In this document: piece by piece, positions 9,104-20,013 of the stretch
How positions within the stretch are numbered: position 1 is the first letter of the stretch
Layout: every line of letters begins with the position of its first letter
Assembly: GCA_963667015.2 (NCBI GenBank)
Contig: CAXXJJ010000001.1
Span: 1,248,001-1,312,000 of the forward strand
DNA: 64,000 bases
Direction of reading: 5' to 3'
Source of the DNA: Desulfatiglandales bacterium
GTDB taxonomy: Bacteria; Desulfobacterota; DSM-4660; Desulfatiglandales; HGW-15
Made by a program: the position numbers and the translations under genes
The notes under the pieces: generated by a model
Databases searched by the model: none
What the model was told of the DNA's origin: nothing
The model's input: only the letters and a program-made list of their open reading frames with translations

Positions 9104-9565
9104 ATGTCTTTTACACTGGGGGTTATTTCAGATACTCACGGATTGCTCAGGCCTGAATCAGTCCGGACACTTGAAACATGCGATTCAATCATTCATGCAG
9201 GGGATATCGGCTCCAGGGAAGTGTTCAAAGCATTAAAGGATATGGCTCCCCTGCATGCAGTAAGGGGCAATGTTGACTGGGAACCATGGACCGGGAATTT
9301 ACCGGTTAATGATGTCGTAGAAATTGCCGGATACTTTTTTTATATAATACACATACTTGATAATATAGACCTGGACCCGGCAGCAGCCGGCATTAATGTG
9401 GTGATTTCAGGTCACAGTCATATGCCCGATCTTTACACAAAGGGAGATGTCCTGTACATGAATCCGGGGAGTGCGGGCCCCAGGAGATTCACAAAGCCTG
9501 TTTCAATGGGTAAGATACTTATAGACGATAATGGATTACATCCTGAGATAATCAATCTTACTTGA
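9104..9565 (+). CDS. YfcE/MJ0936-family metallophosphoesterase
   Basis: ISDTHG, IHAGDIG, VRGNVD, SGHSH, NPGSAG; start refined to MSFT. Confidence 0.88.
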   Translation: MSFTLGVISDTHGLLRPESVRTLETCDSIIHAGDIGSREVFKALKDMAPLHAVRGNVDWEPWTGNLPVNDVVEIAGYFFYIIHILDNIDLDPAAAGINVVISGHSHMPDLYTKGDVLYMNPGSAGPRRFTKPVSMGKILIDDNGLHPEIINLT

Positions 9566-10358
9566 AAATGGCATTATCAGGCATTGCCCAGCCTTCGCTA
9601 TCCGGGCCGGAGGTCAGTACATAGGGACCTTTTTCCGTGACAGCAACAGTATGTTCAAAATGGGCGCTTGGTTTCCTATCTGCTGTTACTATTGTCCAGT
9701 GATCATTTTGTGTTTCTATCTCTTTTTTACCCATGTTCAGCATCGGTTCAATGGCAAGGGTTGCGCCTTTTTTTACCTTAAATGTGTTTATGTTATTTAC
9801 ATAGTAATTAGGAATCTGGGGATCTTCCCACATGGATTTACCTATACCATGGCCTACAAGCTCTCTGACGATCGAGTATCCCCTGGCCTCAATTCTTTTC
9901 TGCATGTTAACTGCTATGGTATTCCAGCTTATCTCGGGCCTGAGCATTGAAATTGCCAGACGAAGTGCATCTTCAGTTGCGTCTAATAATGCCTTTTTTT
10001 CTTCGGATATTTCTCCCACGGGAAGTGTTACGGCTGAATCTGCACACCATCCCTTATATTTTACTCCTATATCGATACTGACGATATCTCCCGATTGAAG
10101 TTTCCTGTTCGACGGTATGCCGTGAACTACCTCTTCGTTAACCGAGATGCACGCGCAGGCAGGATAGGGAACCTCACCCGGGACTCCCTTAAAAAGCGGA
10201 ACTGCACCCAGTGATCTGATGCGGTTTTCTACCTCCTGGTCTATTTCGCCGGTTGTAATCCCTGCCTTTACTAATTTTTTAGCTGTCTGATGAACTTCCC
10301 ACAGGACAAGCCCGGCATCTCTCATCCTTTGGATTTCATTTTCTGTCTTTATTATCAT
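9558..10358 (-). CDS. map: Type I methionine aminopeptidase
   Basis: CISVNEEVVHGIP, SIDIG, ADSA, GHGIG, AIEPM, SAHFEHTV; start refined to MIIK. Confidence 0.95.
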   Translation of the reverse strand: MIIKTENEIQRMRDAGLVLWEVHQTAKKLVKAGITTGEIDQEVENRIRSLGAVPLFKGVPGEVPYPACACISVNEEVVHGIPSNRKLQSGDIVSIDIGVKYKGWCADSAVTLPVGEISEEKKALLDATEDALRLAISMLRPEISWNTIAVNMQKRIEARGYSIVRELVGHGIGKSMWEDPQIPNYYVNNINTFKVKKGATLAIEPMLNMGKKEIETQNDHWTIVTADRKPSAHFEHTVAVTEKGPYVLTSGPDSEGWAMPDNAIFK

Positions 10359-10722
10359 AGTTTTTTCCAGGTCCTGAGCAGCTAGATTGTCAAATAGTCC
10401 GTCTTTTTTTGATAAAGTGTCGGAATTTAAATACAGGAACATCGGGTTTATGGCAAATAAATAGTCCGTGCGGGTTCATTTTTAAAATTTTCTGCTTTCT
10501 TTCATGTTTATTTGAGTTCTTAATAATGATAAAAATAATGCATAATTTAGTTAAAAACAGCATTGATAGGTGTGCTTTCTTGCATTTATTCTTTTCCATG
10601 CAGGGGCAACTTATTTGATCAGGCACCCAAAATAGATAGTCCATAAAGGGCATCATTTTTGCATAATTAAAATTGTCCAGTCAGACATATTTAAAAATCA
10701 TAAGCTAATGAGGTTTATTCAT

Positions 10723-11892
10723 ATGAGTAAAAGAATAGCAATTTCCGGAAGCCTTGCACTTGTTTCCCTTCCTGATATTTTTCAAATACTGGGAACTAAT
10801 AATGCCACCGGCATCCTGAAACTGGTATCGAGCTATACCCCTCACCCTGGAATCATCTACTTCTCCAGGGGAAATCCTATAAATGCTGAATGTGGCTCAT
10901 TAAAAGGTCCAAAGGCATTATACAGCATGTTTGGATGGGAGGCAGGCGAGTATTTTTTTTATGAGGAAGATGTTCAGTCGGTTGAGGTTACAATAACCAA
11001 AGGGAGAATGAATATAGTCCTTGATGCGCTCAGCCTGCTTGATAAAGATAAGATAAAAAAGATGGGACCCAGCAGCAGTCTTGGGCTACATCCCATGGAT
11101 AAAGTTGACAGTTCCGGGATGCCGGTTTTAAAGGGCCCCCTTACGGATTATCTTTATGTTGTAAGAGAAGATTTCTTTAAAAATGGTGACCCTATTGTCA
11201 GGGAAGGAAAACATGGTAAATGGATATGGACAGTCTATGAAGGAGTTGTGAGGATAACAAAAGAGACTCCCAAAGGGCCGCTGGTACTGGCAAGAATAGG
11301 GGAGGGCTGTTTTATCGGAACCATAAAAGCCCTTCTTTTCGGGGAGTATGAGAGAAGTGCATCGGTTATTGCAGAGGGTGACCTGAGGTTATGTCTGCTT
11401 GATGCAGACCCCTTCTATGAAGAGTATTCCAGGCTGTCTCCTGATTTCAGGCGGCTTCTTCTCAGCCTTGATCAGAGGCTTCGCAGCCTGAACACGAGAG
11501 CTATAGAGATTTACTCCGGAAATAAGATTGCAGATGAAAAGCTCAGAAAAGAAAGTACCAGTAGTAAAATATTTGATGCAGGAAACGACCTGTACCGAAT
11601 AACAGAGGGAAGTGTAATTGTTGTTGTCAAAGATTCGGGAGGGCGTAATATCATGTTCCCCCTGGAAAAAAATGATGTTATCGGCAACATCCCTTTTGTT
11701 GATTTCGGTCATGAACCCAATGCTGCAATAATAGTAGGTTCAAGGGATCTTAAAACAGAAAAGATAGATGTTATTGAAATCCAGAAGGAATACGATAAAC
11801 TTTCAAAGACATTTAAAAATCTTGTCTATAATATCTGTAATTACATAAGGAACACCACCGGTCTGGTAAGCCGGCTCATTGCAAAAAATTAG
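10723..11892 (+). CDS. DUF4388 plus cyclic-nucleotide-binding domain protein
   Basis: N-terminal SGSL..VSLPDIFQIL..TGIL (DUF4388-like); IVREG, EG.V.I, RIGEG.FIG, RSASVIA (cNMP fold). Confidence 0.75.
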   Translation: MSKRIAISGSLALVSLPDIFQILGTNNATGILKLVSSYTPHPGIIYFSRGNPINAECGSLKGPKALYSMFGWEAGEYFFYEEDVQSVEVTITKGRMNIVLDALSLLDKDKIKKMGPSSSLGLHPMDKVDSSGMPVLKGPLTDYLYVVREDFFKNGDPIVREGKHGKWIWTVYEGVVRITKETPKGPLVLARIGEGCFIGTIKALLFGEYERSASVIAEGDLRLCLLDADPFYEEYSRLSPDFRRLLLSLDQRLRSLNTRAIEIYSGNKIADEKLRKESTSSKIFDAGNDLYRITEGSVIVVVKDSGGRNIMFPLEKNDVIGNIPFVDFGHEPNAAIIVGSRDLKTEKIDVIEIQKEYDKLSKTFKNLVYNICNYIRNTTGLVSRLIAKN

Positions 11893-12226
11893 GGTTTTTA
11901 TCAGACCTTCTGATATTTGTTATATTTCCAGTGCCCTGTTCCCCTGTTGAAGCAAGGTAGAAATCCCTGCCTGCCCGGGTGATGGGGTCGCCTCAAACCC
12001 TTTCTCCCCAATACCCATCTCCTTCGTACTTAAAGAGATAACCGGCAATCAGCATAAAATAATAAATGAGATTGACATGATAAGCAAAAACAGTTTATCA
12101 ATATAGTTCTTGCTGTTGAAATGGGTTCTTTTTCCGGATATTTTGATAATATCCGGTAAGGATTCTTTGAAAATATAATTTTTTTGGCTATCTTAGCTGT
12201 TAATATCCCGAAAGGTGTTTTTATAG

Positions 12227-14134
12227 ATGAAGCAGGTAATCCTGGGAACGGCCGGACACATTGATCACGGTAAGACATCTCTGATAAGGGCCCTGACAAA
12301 TATTGATACTGATCGCCTCAAGGAGGAAAAGGCAAGAGGGATCACCATCGAGCTGGGATTTGCCCACCTTAAACTGCCCAATGGCCAGCAGCTTGGTATT
12401 GTTGATGTCCCGGGGCATGAAAAGTTTGTAAAAAACATGGTGGCCGGTGCAACAGGTATTGACCTGGTTGCCCTTGTTATTGCTGCTGATGAAGGGGTTA
12501 TGCCCCAGACAAAGGAGCATATGGAGATCTGCCAGCTCCTTGGCGTAAAGCATGGCCTTGTCGTTCTTACAAAGCGTGACATGGTTGATGACGAGTGGAT
12601 AGAGCTTGTAAAAGAGGATGTTTCAGAATATCTGAAGGGAACCTTTCTTGAAGACACCCCAATGATAGAGGTGTCCTCTGTTACAGGGCAGGGGATAGAT
12701 GAACTGGTAGAAACACTTGACAGGGTTGTCGGGGAGATCCCTGAAAGAAACAGCGGTAATTTTTTCAGGCTTCCCGTTGACCGGGTTTTTACGATGAAGG
12801 GCTTCGGGACCGTTGTGACAGGCACCACTATCTCAGGGAATATCAACGTCGGAGATGAGGTCTCTGTCTATCCCCAGGAAATTCACAGCAAGATCCGCGG
12901 TATCCAGGTGCATAATGAGGATGCTGAAAGCGTAAGTGCCGGCCTGCGTACGGCAATAAATATACAGGGTATGGAAAAGGCCCAGATTCAAAGGGGCAAT
13001 ATCCTTGCTGCCAGGGATACGCTCAAACCTACATATATGGTAGATGTAGAACTTGACCTTCTAGCGTCCTCACCAAGGAAGCTCAAAAACAGGGCAAAGG
13101 CCCGTTTCCATGCCGGGACTGCTGAGATAATATCCACGGTTGTGCTTCTTGACAGGGATGTTCTCAAACAGGGAGAGAAATGTCTTGCCCAGATAAGGCT
13201 TGATGAGCCCACAACCCTGCTACAGGGCGACAGATATATCATAAGAAGCTATTCACCGGTCCGGACAATCGGAGGCGGGCATGTTATCAACCCGCTTCCC
13301 CTTAAAAAGAAGAGATTCTCGGACCGGGTTCTGGCAGACCTTAAACTGCTCAGCAGCGGCGATCATTTTGTGCAGATAGAAGAATTTGCGCGAATGGGCC
13401 GTTACACAGGTAAAGATGCCGCAGAACTACAGTTCCTTGCCAACTCTGCAAGAAAAAAGGTGGATGAGGCATTGAAGGTCTTATCCGCTAAAAAGAAGAT
13501 CACACTTTACAATAAGGAGAGCGGTCTTTATATCCATGAAGAGTTCCTTCATAATGCAACGCAGGAGATAATGACTACCCTGTCGGAGTATCATAAAAAT
13601 AATCCTCTCAAGGCAGGTATTCTAAAGGAAGAACTGAGGTCAAGGACGACCGGGGCAACAAACCAGAGGCTGTTCAACTATATCATTACACAGTTGATCA
13701 AGCAGGAGGCCGTTGTCCAGGATAATGAGATCCTTCACCTGAAGGAACACAGGGTAACACTTGCGAGCGACCAGAAAGAGATCAGAGAACGTATCGAGAA
13801 GATATACCTCAAGGGAAAGCTGCAGCCTCCATACTTTAAGGAGATTCAAAAGGAGATTCCCGGCAGAGAGGGCACAGATATACTCGGGGTATTATTAAAG
13901 GAAGGCATTCTGATAAAGGTAAAGGAAGACCTTTATTTTCACAGGAAGTCAATAGAAGAACTAAAGGAAAAACTGATCAGTTTTCTGCAGAAAAACGGTG
14001 AAGTAAACACTGCACAATTCAAAGATATGACCGGTGCATCAAGGAAATACAGCATTCCCTTGATTGAGCATTTTGATCATGAACAGATAACTGTCCGGGT
14101 GGGCGACAACAGGGTATTGAGAAAGAAGATATGA
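12227..14134 (+). CDS. selB: Selenocysteine-specific elongation factor
   Basis: [28 protein letters not shown]-terminal winged helices ending [20 protein letters not shown]. Confidence 0.97.
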   Translation: MKQVILGTAGHIDHGKTSLIRALTNIDTDRLKEEKARGITIELGFAHLKLPNGQQLGIVDVPGHEKFVKNMVAGATGIDLVALVIAADEGVMPQTKEHMEICQLLGVKHGLVVLTKRDMVDDEWIELVKEDVSEYLKGTFLEDTPMIEVSSVTGQGIDELVETLDRVVGEIPERNSGNFFRLPVDRVFTMKGFGTVVTGTTISGNINVGDEVSVYPQEIHSKIRGIQVHNEDAESVSAGLRTAINIQGMEKAQIQRGNILAARDTLKPTYMVDVELDLLASSPRKLKNRAKARFHAGTAEIISTVVLLDRDVLKQGEKCLAQIRLDEPTTLLQGDRYIIRSYSPVRTIGGGHVINPLPLKKKRFSDRVLADLKLLSSGDHFVQIEEFARMGRYTGKDAAELQFLANSARKKVDEALKVLSAKKKITLYNKESGLYIHEEFLHNATQEIMTTLSEYHKNNPLKAGILKEELRSRTTGATNQRLFNYIITQLIKQEAVVQDNEILHLKEHRVTLASDQKEIRERIEKIYLKGKLQPPYFKEIQKEIPGREGTDILGVLLKEGILIKVKEDLYFHRKSIEELKEKLISFLQKNGEVNTAQFKDMTGASRKYSIPLIEHFDHEQITVRVGDNRVLRKKI

Positions 14135-15201
14135 GAAATATATACCAGAAGATTTCAGAGCTTTTTAAAGAAAATAAACTATGTGTCCTTGCAACCATAA
14201 TAACTCAGTCGGGTTCATCCCCAAGGGGACCCGGGTCAAAAATGATTATTCTGGAAGACGGTTCCATAGTTGGTACTGTGGGTGGAGGATTACTTGAAAA
14301 CAGGGTTATCGAAGAGGGTAAAAAGGTCTTTTCAACCCTTAAACCATCACTTATCACACATAAGATGCGCGGCGCAGATATTGATGCCAACGAAATGATA
14401 TGCGGTGGTGATGCAGATATCTTTATCGAACCTGTTATCCCCGATAACAACGCCAACATTGAGCTGTTTAAAGAAATTTTTGATATTGTCAAGCGCGGAG
14501 GAGCGGGTCTCCTGGCAACAGTTATTGATCCCAAAAGATGGGAGCCCGGGCAGATTCCCAAGATGTTCATCAAGAGCGCTTTTGAAAGAACAGGTTCACT
14601 CCTTGGCCTTGATGAAGTTGAATCGGATCTTCAGGCTGATATGAAGGCACGGATAGACAGGTTTCATCCCGAGGTTGTTACATATAAAGACCGAGAGGGA
14701 AATGATCTGAAGGTCTTTGTAGATCCTGTAATATCCGATCCCGTTGTATATATCTTTGGAGGGGGTCATGTCTCAAAGCAGATAGGTCCCATTGCCCATC
14801 TTGTAGGGTTTTCAGTCGTAATTATTGATGACCGCGCCGAGTTTTCAGATCCTGAAAACTTTCCCTATGCAAAGGATGTTATAACCAGTTCTTTTGACAA
14901 TATCATGGCAAAGCTGCCTGTAAATGAATCATCTTATCTCATAATTGTAACCCGCGGGCATGCACATGATAAGACGGTTTTAGCGCAGTCCCTCAAAACA
15001 CCGGCAAAATATATAGGTATGATAGGAAGCTCAAGAAAAAGGAAGATAATTTATAAAAATCTGCTCAATGAAGGATTTACCCAGGAGCAGCTTGATGCGG
15101 TTTATTCTCCCATAGGACTGGAAATAAATGCGGAGACCCCGGAAGAAATAGCAGTAGCCATTGTCGGTGAATTGATTAAAGTCAGGGCCGGAGGAGAATA
15201 G
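14131..15201 (+). CDS. XdhC/CoxI-family molybdoenzyme accessory protein
   Basis: GSSPR..GSKM, GTVGGG, MICGG, FGGGHV, TRGH.HD, YIGMIGS, PIGL.I.AETPEEIA. Confidence 0.9.
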   Translation: MRNIYQKISELFKENKLCVLATIITQSGSSPRGPGSKMIILEDGSIVGTVGGGLLENRVIEEGKKVFSTLKPSLITHKMRGADIDANEMICGGDADIFIEPVIPDNNANIELFKEIFDIVKRGGAGLLATVIDPKRWEPGQIPKMFIKSAFERTGSLLGLDEVESDLQADMKARIDRFHPEVVTYKDREGNDLKVFVDPVISDPVVYIFGGGHVSKQIGPIAHLVGFSVVIIDDRAEFSDPENFPYAKDVITSSFDNIMAKLPVNESSYLIIVTRGHAHDKTVLAQSLKTPAKYIGMIGSSRKRKIIYKNLLNEGFTQEQLDAVYSPIGLEINAETPEEIAVAIVGELIKVRAGGE

Positions 15202-15209
15202 GGGCCTTA

Positions 15210-15461
15210 ATGAAAAAGCACAGTTATAATTTTGTGGAATCCTATGAAGGCCTTGTCGGTTATGGCTATGACCGTGAAAGCAATGAAAATACCCTTGCCT
15301 ATTATCTGCAGAAATTTTCAGATGATGAGCACGTCAAACTAATTATAAGCAGGATGTCTGATGAGGATATTGAAGGCCTCTATGATAATCTCTGCGGCCT
15401 GCTGAAGAAATACCTTGAGGAAGAGGAGTATCATAAACTCTTTCTTAAAGACGGGAAATAA
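15210..15461 (+). CDS. Conserved hypothetical cytoplasmic protein
   Basis: 83 aa acidic ORF in operon position; no known function recognised. Confidence 0.65.
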   Translation: MKKHSYNFVESYEGLVGYGYDRESNENTLAYYLQKFSDDEHVKLIISRMSDEDIEGLYDNLCGLLKKYLEEEEYHKLFLKDGK

Positions 15462-15476
15462 TCCCATTCCACAATT

Positions 15477-15504
15477 GTAAGGGCACGGCGCGCCGTGCCC
15501 CTAC
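15477..15504. repeat. GTAG-type REP palindrome
   Basis: GTAAGGGCACGGCGCGCCGTGCCCCTAC, near-perfect palindrome. Confidence 0.7.
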
Positions 15505-15642
15505 CGTTCTGGTGGGCATCGGACAATCCCGGGAATACCTGCAATCTGAAATAATGAATAACGTCATTCCCCGACCTGCTTGTCAAGGCGTAGTTTTAGC
15601 GAAGACTGAATCGGAGAATCCGGAAGTTTTTAAATAGAGACG

Positions 15643-16164
15643 CTATTTCCCAAACACCTCCGAATAAACCTCATTATATACATTAAAAACCTTCTCCCCA
15701 AAGCATACGAACAAAATCCTTTCAAGTTCAGTTCCTGAATCCAGCAGGATTTTTGTTTCTCTAAGAGCAATGTTTGTTGCCCTTTCCAGTGGAAAAGCAT
15801 ATACCCCGGTGCTTATTGACGGAAAGGCAATACTTTTAACTCCCAGTTCCTTTGCCAGTGAGAAACAACTCCTGTAGCAGTTTGAAAGCAGCATGTCTTC
15901 ATCATTATTTCCCCCTCGCCATATGGGTCCTACCGTATGTATTACCCATTTTGCAGGAAGGTTATACCCTCCGCTGGAGCGTGCCTCACCTGTAGGGCAT
16001 CCTCCTATGTTTCTTGTTTCGAAGAGCAGTTCAGGCCCGGCTGCCCTGTGTATGGCGCCGTCCACTCCGCCACCGCCAAGGAGCGAGTTGTTTGCGGCAT
16101 TTACAATTGCATCGACATTCTGTCTGGTAATGTCCCCTTCAACTATTTCAATAATGTCGCCCAT
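15643..16164 (-). CDS. Macro-domain O-acetyl-ADP-ribose deacetylase (YmdB-like)
   Basis: GDIT, AIVNAAN.SLLGGGGVDGAIH, VIHTVGP, FPSISTGVY; start refined to MGDII. Confidence 0.93.
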   Translation of the reverse strand: MGDIIEIVEGDITRQNVDAIVNAANNSLLGGGGVDGAIHRAAGPELLFETRNIGGCPTGEARSSGGYNLPAKWVIHTVGPIWRGGNNDEDMLLSNCYRSCFSLAKELGVKSIAFPSISTGVYAFPLERATNIALRETKILLDSGTELERILFVCFGEKVFNVYNEVYSEVFGK

Positions 16165-16346
16165 CTTATTACCTCCCAAACGTGGCTTCTTTATGAAACA
16201 GACGGCATTTTATCATAATTTAGTTTTTCCATCACAGTTTTTTCACCCCATACCGCAAACCTTAAACCCCATACCGTTCATTTATTGACTCCCCACCTCC
16301 TTTCCATTATAAACCCATAAGAATCTTCCATTTCCATGGAGTCGAA

Positions 16347-17540
16347 ATGAAAATCAATATCGGGTTTGTTATTTTTATCGGTATCTTCCTCACGCTTTAC
16401 TGGTCTCTGCATTTTTATTTTTACAGAAAGGTAACCAGTGCGTTTAGGCTTACACCGATACCCAATATTATCCTTATAATCGTTCTCTTCCTTTTACTGC
16501 TTTCTCCCATTATTATGCGCATGATCGAGGGAAAGAGTCCGGAGGGTTTATCCACAGCGGTTACATATATCGGATACTTCTGGATGGGTGCAATCTTCCT
16601 GCTGTTTGCACTTAACCTTACAGTGGATATCTACAGGGCAGTCATTTACATATTCTCACATGTTTTTAATTCTTCTCTAACAAAACTTGTACCTGAGAAA
16701 AGAATAACCCTTCTGGTGGTTATTTCTCTCACTGCCTTTATAAACCTGTACGGATTATTCGAGGCCTGGAACATAAAAACAAGGGAAATTACCATTAAGA
16801 CAGATAAACTTCCTGAAGGGGTTGAGAATCTCAGGATTGTTCAGATATCAGACATACATTTCAGCAATATAAACGGAGTAGGACTTGCGAACAGGATCAC
16901 CGACGTTGTAATGGGACTTCACCCTGATCTGCTGGTATCAACAGGCGACCTTATTGATGACGGCCTGAGGGACCCGGACAAGGTGGAGGTTTTATTCAGC
17001 AGCATAAAAACAAAATACGGGAAATATGCAGTAACCGGAAATCATGAGTTTTTTGGTGATCTCCTGAAAAACCTGAGGTTCACGGAGAACTGCGGTTTTA
17101 AAATGCTTAGAAATAAAAGCGAGAAGGTAAACGATTATATCACTATTGCTGGAGTTGATGACCCGGCCTCAAATAGAAACGGCCTGGCAAAATCGATAGA
17201 TGAACACATGGTAATGACCGGCTTTTCTCCTGACATGGTAAACATCTTCCTTAAGCATCAGCCCCGCATTAAACAGGAAAACATAGGGAAGTTTGATGTT
17301 CAGCTTTCCGGGCATACTCATGATGGTCAGATATTTCCGTTTAAATACATGGTCGGGCTCATGTTCAAGTATATGCGGGGTCTCTATTACCTGGGGGATA
17401 ATTCATACCTGTATGTGAGCAGGGGAACCGGAACCTGGGGGCCGCCTGTGCGGTTTCTTGCACCCCCTGAAGTATCGGTTATCGATTTTGAAGAAGAAAA
17501 GAGTAATAAAAACAAGGTGAGGATGAAGATAAATGGGTGA
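16347..17540 (+). CDS. Membrane-anchored metallophosphoesterase (YkuE-like)
   Basis: N-terminal TM segments; SDIH, TGDL.D, GNHE, SGHTHDGQ, SRGTGTWGPPVR. Confidence 0.88.
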   Translation: MKINIGFVIFIGIFLTLYWSLHFYFYRKVTSAFRLTPIPNIILIIVLFLLLLSPIIMRMIEGKSPEGLSTAVTYIGYFWMGAIFLLFALNLTVDIYRAVIYIFSHVFNSSLTKLVPEKRITLLVVISLTAFINLYGLFEAWNIKTREITIKTDKLPEGVENLRIVQISDIHFSNINGVGLANRITDVVMGLHPDLLVSTGDLIDDGLRDPDKVEVLFSSIKTKYGKYAVTGNHEFFGDLLKNLRFTENCGFKMLRNKSEKVNDYITIAGVDDPASNRNGLAKSIDEHMVMTGFSPDMVNIFLKHQPRIKQENIGKFDVQLSGHTHDGQIFPFKYMVGLMFKYMRGLYYLGDNSYLYVSRGTGTWGPPVRFLAPPEVSVIDFEEEKSNKNKVRMKING

Positions 17541-17904
17541 TGGTACAAACAGAGGATTTAAAAGACTGGTTGATGCCTTTTTTTACAGCATGGCTGGTTT
17601 TAAGGCAGCCTGGAAAAACGAAGAGGCATTCAGACAGGAAATATTAGCAGGAATAATAATTGTCCCTGCCGGATTTTTACTCGGAGCAACATACACCCAG
17701 AAGGCAATCCTTATACTCAGCTTTCTTATTATACCCCTTGTAGAACTGCTTAATACGGCCGTTGAAGCCACAGTGGACAGGGTCGGCATGGAGAAGCATG
17801 AACTTTCAGGCCGGGCAAAGGACCTGGGATCTGCCTCCGTGTTTTTAAGTATATGTATTGCTGCAATTGTCTGGATTCTCGTTGCCTGTGAAAGGTTTTT
17901 GTAG
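17533..17904 (+). CDS. dgkA: Diacylglycerol kinase
   Basis: E.AFRQE, VELLNTAVE..VDR, HELSGRAKDLGSA. Confidence 0.95.
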   Translation: MGDGTNRGFKRLVDAFFYSMAGFKAAWKNEEAFRQEILAGIIIVPAGFLLGATYTQKAILILSFLIIPLVELLNTAVEATVDRVGMEKHELSGRAKDLGSASVFLSICIAAIVWILVACERFL

Positions 17905-17980
17905 GCAGCAGTCTGTGTATTACCCTGGTATCCTGTGATGATGGGTCGCAGAGCGTAAAGGCATTTATGGTTTTGCGTCG

Positions 17981-18008
17981 GTAGAGACGGGTTTCAAAAC
18001 CCGTCTCT
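17981..18008. repeat. GTAG-type REP palindrome
   Basis: GTAGAGACGGGTTTCAAAACCCGTCTCT. Confidence 0.65.
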
Positions 18009-18058
18009 GTTGGCGCAATTACTCGTAAGTGATTGTGGTTTAAGTGAGATGATTTACA

Positions 18059-18893
18059 TCACTTAGAGACATTTGCGGACTTGACGTCCCAGGCGCTGTC
18101 ACTGCAGAAAGGGCAGTCCGGGCCGATAAGCAGGCCCTTGCCTGTTGCTGTTTTATCACCCTTCAACTGCCAGTTGAGCCAGGCAAGAATGATCCTGGTG
18201 AAGTCGCCGCCGCCAGGTTTGAACAGATCGCCCCCGTGGCCGATTTCCTTGCTGAACCACAGGACCGGAACATCCAGTTTACTGATGTTTTCATAGCCTT
18301 TCGTTCCGCCCTTGTATGCTACATCACCAGGACCGCCCTCGACAAAAAGCACGGGTTTGTGGACCAGATCGTAGAAATCATCATTCACACGAGCCATATA
18401 CCCATATACCGCTGCCCATGGGTATATTACCCCTGCCATTAGGCGTCCCGTCCGCAATCACGAAGTATCCGTAAGAGGCGATCTCGGCCATGGCTGCCGC
18501 ATTTGACAGCCCGTTCTGGGAACAGCCTCCCTCTCCCCATACAAAGATCGGGTATTTCTCTTTTCCTCCCAGGTCGGCGGGCCGGAAAATTGTGCCCTTC
18601 TCGATTCCGGGAGCGGAATTCGTTTCAACGATCACCTCATGTGGTCCGCTTCCTGATACCTTTGTCTCCACGGCTTTGGACTCGGTGCAATTACCAGCGC
18701 CGGATTGCTCTGCACCGCTGCAGATGCCGATGTTGATGCCAAACATCCCCGCCAGAATCAGTATAAAAAATGTGGAACGGGTATTTCGGGTGCAGCGATA
18801 TGCTGAAAGGTTTCTGAGGATTGAAGAAATACATGGTGTTTTTGAAATCATTTCTGATAAAAGACAGGATGATGGTTGTTCTGTGATTTTCAT
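18059..18893 (-). pseudogene. Secreted alpha/beta-hydrolase pseudogene (frameshift and probable internal deletion)
   Basis: N-part YPIFVWGEGGC..EIASYGYFVIADG and C-part GG.GD.AY, GHGG, AWLNWQLKGD lie in different frames; no GxSxG segment between. Confidence 0.65.
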
Positions 18894-19253
18894 GTGATCT
18901 CCTGTGTGTAGGTGAGAAGTCTGTGTTATTGATTTTGATATGAATTATCTTTTTGAGAAATAAAGTATATGGATCTGAGTTTGGTATGTCAATATACTTT
19001 TCTTATCGTTTCAAGGGGGAGAAACCCGCTCCTTTCAGGCTTTTTCTGATTTTCGTTTTCGGCCATCCGACCTCAGATTTCTGACCTTTGGCTTTTGGCC
19101 ATTCCAGTCATTCCGAAGAGTAACTGAGAAATCTTTCCCCTGCTAAATCCGCATAGCGAGTTGCGAAGCAACATTTAACAGGGTGAAGCTTTTGTCTTTT
19201 CACTCGAACTCTCGACCCCTTGAATCCTTGAACCCTTTCTCTTTTACTATTGA

Positions 19254-20006
19254 TCATTTTAAAAAAGATCTGAACACATCATCATATATTTCAATATCCG
19301 ACCTCTCTGGATTTTTAGGGATGTTGTTTTGTGTCTCATAAATAATTTCACGGATGTGAGTATCGATCTGATCATAATGCTTTACACGATACCCTTCTGA
19401 ATGTTTGCTCTTTTCTTCAACCAACCGGGTAATAATCTCAGTAAAAGTATTATCATTCGAAGTTTTCGCCAACAGATCAAATATATTCATTGGTGGCTGC
19501 ATCAGGTAAGCTACGATCCACTTACAGCAAAGGATGGACCGGATAGCATACATATATGTTTTCAGTTTGACCGTTCCACTCTTTTCGATTTCTGTAACAT
19601 ACTTTTTTGCCATTGAGAGATAATGATGGCATGTTGTTTCAGGTAAAAAAGAGGGTGTTGAAAGATCAAGAAGCTTATCGAATTCCTGCTTAACTACTTT
19701 ATATTGAATCGGAGAGGAAAGCCATTCAAGCAAAGGAGGATTTGACTTTCTCATCAATTTAAGAGCCTTTTGTATGTCCCATCCATTTATGTCGAGCAAA
19801 TCATCTATTGGAAGTTCTATAACATCTCTCTTATCTGCTATTGTCAGATACCAGTCTTTTGGATTTATGTAAATGAAGCGAACATCATAATCACTGTTAT
19901 CTGATGGAAATCCCCATGCGCGGCTGCCTGATTCAATAGCCAGTATGATTTTTATTCTGTTGGTTTTTTTAATCTTATTCAGTTCTTTAATAATTGTTTT
20001 TTGCAT
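19254..20006 (-). CDS. Pol-beta-superfamily nucleotidyltransferase (YcgL/RlaP-like)
   Basis: ESGSRAWGFPS.NSDYDVRFIY, DINGWD..KAL, SNPPLLEWL.SP; start refined to MQKT. Confidence 0.88.
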   Translation of the reverse strand: MQKTIIKELNKIKKTNRIKIILAIESGSRAWGFPSDNSDYDVRFIYINPKDWYLTIADKRDVIELPIDDLLDINGWDIQKALKLMRKSNPPLLEWLSSPIQYKVVKQEFDKLLDLSTPSFLPETTCHHYLSMAKKYVTEIEKSGTVKLKTYMYAIRSILCCKWIVAYLMQPPMNIFDLLAKTSNDNTFTEIITRLVEEKSKHSEGYRVKHYDQIDTHIREIIYETQNNIPKNPERSDIEIYDDVFRSFLK

Positions 20007-20013
20007 TTGTCTG

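Noticed and set aside
11928..12030. GC-rich patch upstream of selB, considered as tRNA-Sec, riboswitch or small selenoprotein
   Set aside because: No cloverleaf, UCA anticodon arm or known motif; an Rfam search would be needed.
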